Shown here: piece after piece, positions 40,223 through 46,002 of the stretch
Numbering within the stretch: position 1 is the first letter of the stretch
How the letters are laid out: each line of letters starts with the position of its first letter
NCBI GenBank assembly: GCA_002430735.1
Contig: DJCV01000005.1
Span: 1-46,002 of the forward strand
From: Candidatus Woesebacteria bacterium UBA5941
Lineage (GTDB): Bacteria > Patescibacteriota > Microgenomatia > UBA8517
Reading direction: 5' to 3'
DNA: 46,002 nucleotides
Made by a program: the position numbers and the translations under genes
The notes under the pieces: model-generated
Database searches by the model: none
Told to the model about the DNA's origin: nothing
What the model saw: only the letters and a program-made list of their open reading frames with translations

Positions 40223-40296
40223 GGTGGAAGACGGGACTCGAACCCGCGACCCCTGGTACCACAAACCAGTGCTCTACCAACTGAGCTACATCCACC
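40223..40296 (-). tRNA. tRNA-His(GTG)
   Basis: GGTGGATGTAGCTCAGTTGGTAGAGCA-CTGGT-TTGTGGT-ACCAG-...GGTTCGAGTCC...CTTCCAC-C; G-1:C73 identity pair; followed by CTA rather than CCA. Confidence 0.96.
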
Positions 40297-40341
40297 AAGT
40301 ACGAGTATTTTATCTATTTTTAGGTGAAAAAGCGAATGGAG

Positions 40342-40719
40342 TTACTCTTCAGAAGCTTCGTCTAGATCGTCATCTTCTCCATAGGTATCATATGGATCAT
40401 TTGTTGCAGCATCCTCGGATTGCTTGTCTTTTCGAGCTGTTACCTCTGTTTCAGTTTCTTCATCTTGTTCTTCAGTGTAGTCGTTAATTTCTTTATCTCG
40501 AATGTCGTGTTCATCTTTGTTTATTTCCTCCCCAATATTGAAGCCATCTTCTTCTTCGTCAGGCTCGTTTCCAATGACATCAGCGACCATGGTGTCTACG
40601 TCTGCTGTTGAATCTTCACCACTCACAGGGTTACTTCCACTTGCAGCTTCGCTGCCATCACTATCAAGTTCTTGTTTTTTTAATTGATCGTCGAGATCTG
40701 ATGCACTTGGTCTAACCAT
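40342..40719 (-). CDS. Highly acidic, likely disordered hypothetical protein
   Basis: D/E-rich ORF of about 125 aa; ATG 6 nt after TG-n-GAGAAT. Confidence 0.7.
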   Translation of the reverse strand: MVRPSASDLDDQLKKQELDSDGSEAASGSNPVSGEDSTADVDTMVADVIGNEPDEEEDGFNIGEEINKDEHDIRDKEINDYTEEQDEETETEVTARKDKQSEDAATNDPYDTYGEDDDLDEASEE

Positions 40720-40853
40720 AGTCCGATTCTCACAAATACCGAAGGCAAGTTCAAGTAGTAAAACGGTGAAACTCCTGAACTTATGGGTGATTTCAGCGGA
40801 TAATCGCACCGTTTCGTGTTTGTGTTAGCTCAATTCTTCGGTATTATATGTAT

Positions 40854-41984
40854 ATGCACACTGAGCTACTGAGAAACGCAGCTAAGTTCTTTTTCTTCGT
40901 GATGACTGCGTTTGTTCTTTTATTTTCTTTTTCTGGGAGTTCCTCTCTATTCGCTCAAGAAGAATTACCTCGTACTGAAGAAACGCTTGAAGCAACAGTC
41001 ACTCGAGTTGTGTGGGAAGAACGCGTTCAAGAAGAAGGTCCAGCACATTTGTTTCAAGTGGTAACGCTTGAAGTAACAAAAGGGTCTCTCTTGGGTAAAT
41101 ACATCCAAGCTGAGAATGGTGGTATTGAGGCTTCGAATGTACAGGAATATAAAATTGGAGATCGGGTGCTTGTTGTCGCGACAAAAGATTATTCTGGTAA
41201 CGACGTCTTTTTTATTGTGGATTACATTCGAAGAATTCCACTGCTTGTTCTTGCTGCCATATTTGCAACCGCAGTTATTTTAATTGGGGGAATTTGGGGG
41301 CTCATGTCGCTTTTTGGAATGGTATTCTCCTTCGCAGTTATCTTTTTATTCATTTTGCCACAGCTATTGCAAGGACATGATCCAATTGTTATTGCAGTAA
41401 TTGGTGCCGCAGCCATTATTCCAGTGACGTTTTATCTCTCTCACGGGATAAACATTAAAACACATGTGGCAATTGTTGGAACGCTTATTACACTTGTCTT
41501 CATTGGGCTATTCGCAAGCGTTTTTGTTGAGTTCACTCATTTATCAGGATTTGCAGCAGAAGAAGCTGGGTTTTTGCAATCTGAATTACTGGGCAAAATT
41601 AATATAAAAGGATTATTGCTTGCAGGCATAATTATTTCATCCCTCGGAATACTTGATGATATTACAATTTCTCAAGCAAGCATTATTAAAGAGCTTCGGG
41701 AGGCTAATAAGAAAATGTCGAAAATAGCACTCTTTAAAAGTGGAATGCGAGTAGGGAGAGATCATATCGCCTCTCTCGTTAATACCCTCGTCTTAGTGTA
41801 TGCAGGAGCGTCACTTCCATTACTTTTATTATTCGTGAATAATCCACATCCCTTTGGTGAAGTGATTAATTATGAAATGATTGCTGAAGAAATTGTGAAG
41901 ACATTAATCGGTAGTATTGGACTAATCCTTGCTGTTCCGATAACCACAGCACTTGCTGTGTTCTATTTCACAAAAAGATCATAG
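40854..41984 (+). CDS. YibE/F family membrane protein
   Basis: IVDYIR, LGILDDITISQ, GMRVGRDHIASLVNTLVLVYAG, EIVKTLIGSIGLILAVPITT. Confidence 0.92.
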   Translation: MHTELLRNAAKFFFFVMTAFVLLFSFSGSSSLFAQEELPRTEETLEATVTRVVWEERVQEEGPAHLFQVVTLEVTKGSLLGKYIQAENGGIEASNVQEYKIGDRVLVVATKDYSGNDVFFIVDYIRRIPLLVLAAIFATAVILIGGIWGLMSLFGMVFSFAVIFLFILPQLLQGHDPIVIAVIGAAAIIPVTFYLSHGINIKTHVAIVGTLITLVFIGLFASVFVEFTHLSGFAAEEAGFLQSELLGKINIKGLLLAGIIISSLGILDDITISQASIIKELREANKKMSKIALFKSGMRVGRDHIASLVNTLVLVYAGASLPLLLLFVNNPHPFGEVINYEMIAEEIVKTLIGSIGLILAVPITTALAVFYFTKRS

Positions 41985-41990
41985 CGGGAA

Positions 41991-42527
41991 TTAACGTTTC
42001 CAACGTTTGAGAAGTCTTAAGATATTGTTTCCTTGTTTGGATTTGTATAACGATATTCCGTGGTCCAGAGCGCTGCCTCCTGAAGGAAATATTACAACTT
42101 CGTTACATTCAGTTGTAGTAAACATTGCACTTGAGCCGAGTTGTAAACTCGCCTGGAATCCGCTGTCTTCAAGAACCCTATATGGTGTGCGAGGAATTTG
42201 TTCCTCCTGGGCCTCCAATTGCCTTTTCCGGTCATCGTGAGCAAAAATATAGTCTTGCAACGTTACCTCAATGTTTGTGGATTCTAAAGGGATATCGGTA
42301 AAATACACATATCCAGCCTTACGGGCTAACTTGGGATCAAATTTGCCCGATTCTGCTAAACGTTCTGGATATAAAGATTCATGGTACAGGGGCTGTCCTT
42401 TCTTCATGAGAATAACTTCACCCGGGAACTGGGTTTCGAGTGCTTGTAACTTCTCAGCAATATCTGGTGGAAGCTGCTCGACTTCTTTCTGTCTCAAAGG
42501 TTCACTACTGCTTACTTCTCCTTCCAT
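41991..42527 (-). CDS. Hypothetical protein, possible ADP-ribosyltransferase fold
   Basis: KKGQPLYH...YVYFTD...NEVVIF pattern; ATG 6 nt after TACGAT. Confidence 0.55.
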   Translation of the reverse strand: MEGEVSSSEPLRQKEVEQLPPDIAEKLQALETQFPGEVILMKKGQPLYHESLYPERLAESGKFDPKLARKAGYVYFTDIPLESTNIEVTLQDYIFAHDDRKRQLEAQEEQIPRTPYRVLEDSGFQASLQLGSSAMFTTTECNEVVIFPSGGSALDHGISLYKSKQGNNILRLLKRWKR

Positions 42528-42618
42528 AAATGTATCGTAGCACAACGATTGAACGAGAATGAGTTCGTGTTTTTGCGGTTATTTGAAGAATTGAACCATT
42601 AAAGAGTCTCGGTTCCTC

Positions 42619-42840
42619 TTGGAGCTGGTGACCGTAATTGGCTCGAACCACTTTGGCCTGGATGAATATATCAAACAATATCTACTTCAACCAGATTTAC
42701 CGTTTATTTCTTTTATCAAAATCGGCTTACGGTACTACATTACTCCTGAGTTAATTGTACAACTTAATGAGTTGAAAGAATATCTAAATATTCCAAGTTA
42801 TGAGGTTTTTTACAAGTGCTATACTCGATTTAGAAATTGA
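42619..42840 (+). repeat. Copy A of a tRNA-3'-end junction plus conserved 70-80 codon tail
   Basis: TGGAGCTGGTGACCGTAATTGGCTCGAACC, then DEYIKQYLL...IKIGLRYYIT; homologous to 45317..45559. Confidence 0.8.
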
Positions 42841-42853
42841 TATTTATCGCGAT

Positions 42854-43489
42854 ATGAAGAAAAGAAAACGCTTAGCCACAATACTTCTAGTTGCAGTCCT
42901 AGCCATATCTGGAATAGTGTATTTTCTGTTAAAGAATATCCAGTCAAAGTTTGAAGCTCCGAGACAAAATACCCCTGATATTCAATTTACGATAAGTAAG
43001 AATAAAACCTTAGACGCTATTGTCGGAGACTTGAAGTATTACGATTTCATCAAAGATGAAAAAACTTTCACTTTTGCGCTGGAACACACACAAGATAACA
43101 CTAAAGGAGGAGAAAACTTTATCAAGGTAGGTAAGGGTAGTAAAACCATCGAAAGAGGAGCGGTCTATACAATTTCCCAAAGTATGAACACATGGGAGTT
43201 AGCTTCGATTCTTCTTAATAGTGGCACACGTCAGGATTGTGATCATGGTTGTCCAGAAAGCAACTTTATCCCAGAACTTCTTCCTGGTGGAGATCTAGCC
43301 CCAACCATAAAAGAAACATATTCCTGGGTTAAAACATATGAAGATTGTGTCAAAGCAATTGGTCATGATGGAGGCCAACTTTCAAGCGAACAGTATTACG
43401 AGAGAACAGGCATCAGAAGATGTATTTCTCCTGATGGTAGAGAATTTACGGAGGGCAAAGAAGGCTGGTCAGACAAACCCTCTCCATAA
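42854..43489 (+). CDS. Membrane-anchored protein with YceG/MltG-like N-terminal domain and Cys-rich C-terminal module
   Basis: TM, then FTISKNKTLDAIVGDL..IK...YTISQSMNTWELASIL; C-terminal TYEDCVKA...RRCISPDGREFTE; no MltG catalytic domain. Confidence 0.7.
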   Translation: MKKRKRLATILLVAVLAISGIVYFLLKNIQSKFEAPRQNTPDIQFTISKNKTLDAIVGDLKYYDFIKDEKTFTFALEHTQDNTKGGENFIKVGKGSKTIERGAVYTISQSMNTWELASILLNSGTRQDCDHGCPESNFIPELLPGGDLAPTIKETYSWVKTYEDCVKAIGHDGGQLSSEQYYERTGIRRCISPDGREFTEGKEGWSDKPSP

Positions 43490-43644
43490 TTTGGTTTAAA
43501 TTGATACTAGAAAAGACCCCTATTAGGGGTAGTTTCTATACATAAAATAAACCAGGCTGTTTTAAACGAAGCTAGAAAGTCATCAGAAGTAATGACTATC
43601 GATACACAAATAAAACAAGATAGTAGTAAAATCAGCTCAATAAT

Positions 43645-44601
43645 ATGAATGAAATAATACTCCTTTATATCGTTATTAACTTAATGGTTATTGGTTTCTA
43701 TAAGGTATTCCAAATCAAATGGCCAGAGCTGTATTTTGCAGTAAATGATCAAGTAAGTTACTTCGTAAGCGTTTCACCGTCAAGGTATTTTTTATTTAGA
43801 TTGATGCCGCCGTTCTTTATTACCGCGATCTTGGTTGGAAATCTTAACAACAATCTTAGTGGATCTGAGGTGGCTATTTTCTCCTCATTTACCTGTCTAT
43901 CACACGCTCTTTTTACAAACGGCAGATCAATTTATAATCTTTTATTTGATCCAGAAAAAGTAAAGACCTACTTTAATAGATATTTTCAATTTTTAATTCA
44001 TGCAGCCACTCTCTTGGCATTAGGCTCTGTGGGTTACTTTGCTGGATACTTAGCCGCTAAGAACTTTTTTTCATTAATCACTCCCACCTTACCGGGATTA
44101 GTTGATAATATTTGGGCATCAGTAATTATCACTTTCACAGCAATTCCTCTTTACGATGCATACTCGAAAAAGGGTGAAGAAAACGTTGATAAGATGATTA
44201 AGGATTCTCACCAAAAAATATCTGCGAAACTTATTAGTTGCATCCATGAGCAAAGCGAGAAATACAGCGCCAACGAAAGACTTGTTTTGGCAGTATGTAT
44301 AGTAGAGAACCTACAAAGACCTTTGTGGGTAAGAAACATTGAAAAGGCAAAATCTTTCTTCAGTAAACCGGGTAGCTACGGCATTATGCAAACAAACTCG
44401 GATCATTATATTAACGACGAAGAATCAATTAAAAAAGCAGTAGAAAGATATTTTGCTAACTCAAAACATGAGTATATGGATATAAGTACCATTGAGAGGT
44501 GGGTGAAAAAATATAATGGTGGTAATACCTATGCTGAACTCGTAAAAGCTGCTTATAACTATCTCCCTGGCGATGATTATGAAGAGACATTACCTGGATA
44601 A
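43645..44601 (+). CDS. Multi-TM protein with C-terminal lysozyme/lytic-transglycosylase-like domain
   Basis: About five TM, then LVLAVCIVEN (catalytic Glu position), SYGIMQ, YNGG..Y. Confidence 0.72.
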   Translation: MNEIILLYIVINLMVIGFYKVFQIKWPELYFAVNDQVSYFVSVSPSRYFLFRLMPPFFITAILVGNLNNNLSGSEVAIFSSFTCLSHALFTNGRSIYNLLFDPEKVKTYFNRYFQFLIHAATLLALGSVGYFAGYLAAKNFFSLITPTLPGLVDNIWASVIITFTAIPLYDAYSKKGEENVDKMIKDSHQKISAKLISCIHEQSEKYSANERLVLAVCIVENLQRPLWVRNIEKAKSFFSKPGSYGIMQTNSDHYINDEESIKKAVERYFANSKHEYMDISTIERWVKKYNGGNTYAELVKAAYNYLPGDDYEETLPG

Positions 44602-45202
44602 AGTAAGAGATGGGTATCATAAGGGTTGGCTAAAAGTCAAATTGTCCAACAGTAACGAAGTTGCTTTGCCTTATGGTTTATTGGTGGAAAAAGTTGATTC
44701 CTCTAGTCAAGGTGAAACAATCAAAATACTTGAAGGTGTCTATGAAGGAATAACTGCAACAGCTCCCTTTTTGAAAGACAACGAATCTTACTTCTCCATG
44801 TATACAAAATTCAAAACGGGACCAGTTGTTTTGAAAATGAGGAACAAACAACTTCAGTTAAATGAAAAACTATTTCCAGTTGTTTTTGATGACTCAATCA
44901 AAGTTGGGAACTACTTCCTATTTTTACCAGATTATCCCCATAGACATATAGCTATTGGTAAGTACCAGAGGGAAGCAGAAGGAGGATCACGATTCGCAAG
45001 TACTTGGTTTAAATTTGTTAAGGATGGAGATAGTTTATTTCAATCAAGCTCATATCTTCATTTCGGAACATATAGCGAAGGCTGTATCACCTTTCCGTTT
45101 TTCAAGATGAGCGGTGCATCTAGCTGGAATGAACTTGTCTTAGCACTTTCTTTATTAAGACTAAGAGGTGGAGTTTGTTCCCAATTGCAAATTATTAAGT
45201 AG
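44573..45202 (+). CDS. Protein with L,D-transpeptidase/Tlde1-like catalytic motif
   Basis: YLHFGTYSEGCIT (HxG..SxGC); overlaps the upstream gene. Confidence 0.65.
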   Translation: MIMKRHYLDKVRDGYHKGWLKVKLSNSNEVALPYGLLVEKVDSSSQGETIKILEGVYEGITATAPFLKDNESYFSMYTKFKTGPVVLKMRNKQLQLNEKLFPVVFDDSIKVGNYFLFLPDYPHRHIAIGKYQREAEGGSRFASTWFKFVKDGDSLFQSSSYLHFGTYSEGCITFPFFKMSGASSWNELVLALSLLRLRGGVCSQLQIIK

Positions 45203-45226
45203 GTTCGATTCCGTATACCGGTACCA
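45202..45226 (+). repeat. Isolated tRNA 3' fragment (att-like)
   Basis: GG-TTCGATT-CCGTA-TACCGGT-A-CCA has exact T-loop to CCA spacing but no 5' half of a tRNA. Confidence 0.7.
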
Positions 45227-45254
45227 CTGTCCTCCAGGCTAGCTCCTAAAAAAC

Positions 45255-45279
45255 AAAAAACCTGGCTCGACCAGGTTTT
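45255..45279. terminator. Bidirectional terminator-like hairpin
   Basis: AAAACCTGG-CTCGA-CCAGGTTTT. Confidence 0.7.
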
Positions 45280-45316
45280 CAAGGCTAAATTTGAAGATTT
45301 TTCGTTTTATTACCGT

Positions 45317-45559
45317 ATGGAGCGGGATACCGTAATTGGCTCGGACCTATTTAGCCAGGACGAGTATATCAAACAGTATCTGCTCGACCCCTATTTATCT
45401 CTTATTTCTAAGATTAAAATCGGTCTTCGCTATTACATTACAGCCCAACCTGAATTGATTTTACAACTGACCAATCTCAAAGGCTATCTGGTAAAGGTTA
45501 ATCCACCTCTATTTTTTGAAGTATTCGGCAAATATAGAAAAGGGGATAGAAAGTGGTAA
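45317..45559 (+). repeat. Copy B of a tRNA-3'-end junction plus conserved coding tail
   Basis: TGGAGCGGGATACC (reverse complement of a tRNA-Gly-type 3' end), then GTAATTGGCTCGGACC and DEYIKQYLL...IKIGLRYYIT. Confidence 0.8.
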
Positions 45560-45654
45560 TATTTGGGTACCGAATGATCTCTGTGGTGAGGGTACCTTAA
45601 TTTTAGGGAACTGATGGCACATTGTGATCCATCTTAGCCACAGGGATCGCCCTC

Positions 45655-45969
45655 TTAAACAATAAAAAGCTCTTTTCCAATTTGAAGTGATTGAATTTCT
45701 ATCTCAGCTGAGGCGAGTTCGTTACCAATCCCCAATAATTTCACGTCGTCATCCACTTTCACTTTAGAAATAAGCTTGTATGTTCTACCACTTCTCTTTC
45801 TAAACTCTAAAAGACCTTTATTAAAAGTAATTTTTACTTCAACTTCCTTGTCCGTCTCTGTACCACTTTGTTTTATAGAGCTATCTGGAACAATGCTCCA
45901 GTTTCCACCCTTGGGCTTATACAAGATACAGTCACCGACTTTATTATCCCTACTATCTAACCTAGCCAT
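45655..45969 (-). CDS. Hypothetical protein (104 aa)
   Basis: ORF only; no recognised motif. Confidence 0.5.
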   Translation of the reverse strand: MARLDSRDNKVGDCILYKPKGGNWSIVPDSSIKQSGTETDKEVEVKITFNKGLLEFRKRSGRTYKLISKVKVDDDVKLLGIGNELASAEIEIQSLQIGKELFIV

Positions 45970-46002
45970 GTAAAAATCACTTTCTAATTCCTGTCTCTTA
46001 TA

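Larger units (their letters stand above)
35558..40224. mobile_element. Degenerate island integrated at the tRNA-His 3' end (no integrase remaining)
   Basis: Left junction TGGGGT (35558-63) restores the CCA end missing from the tRNA (TAGGGT at 40220-25); accessory cargo and a 5'-truncated gene lie between. Confidence 0.5.

Noticed and set aside
39867-40487. ORFs 39867..40298 (N-terminal part) and 40203..40487, and likewise 1383..1565
   Set aside because: They read through tRNA genes and are translation artefacts
42619-45559. The repeated segments as CRISPR repeats, IS ends or integron attC sites
   Set aside because: Only two long diverged copies with codon-patterned divergence; no spacers, terminal inverted repeats, cas, transposase or attC structure
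720-45973. Numerous 60-160 aa antisense or nested ORFs in the ORF track
   Set aside because: They are shadows of well-supported genes, with no motifs or expression signals

Overview
Bacterial chromosome segment, most likely from a Patescibacteria (CPR, Microgenomates-like) genome. This is inferred from the N-domain-less ClpB, HhH-less UvrC, orphan family-5 solute-binding protein, PsbP-like and Cys-rich surface proteins, and pervasive leaderless genes. About 1-35 kb is mostly housekeeping: a LysM protein, tRNA-Asp, polX, lemA-htpX, CIRCE-controlled clpB, gatC-gatA-MFS-gatB, a lexA/uvrB/uvrA/uvrC repair cluster with a shared candidate LexA box, secG, a cyclophilin, glucan phosphorylase, a beta-CASP nuclease, ABC-F, NUDIX, HAD and padR. 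Between these sit self-contained ORFan cassettes and at least two unannotated structured ncRNA candidates, each with a promoter and a terminator (12035-12238 and 15576-15754). About 35.5-46 kb is accessory. It holds an integrase-less island ending at tRNA-His (ASCH plus a 917-aa M23/beta-gamma-crystallin/PKD protein) and a tandem island array marked by tRNA-3'-end junction scars. Each minus-strand scar runs into an orphan coding tail, and the two tRNA-Gly-type tails are conserved with each other. Cargo in the array includes a membrane lysozyme-fold gene paired with an L,D-transpeptidase/Tlde1-like gene. No CRISPR array, rRNA or intact integrase/transposase was seen. All family calls come from motif recognition by eye, not from database searches.
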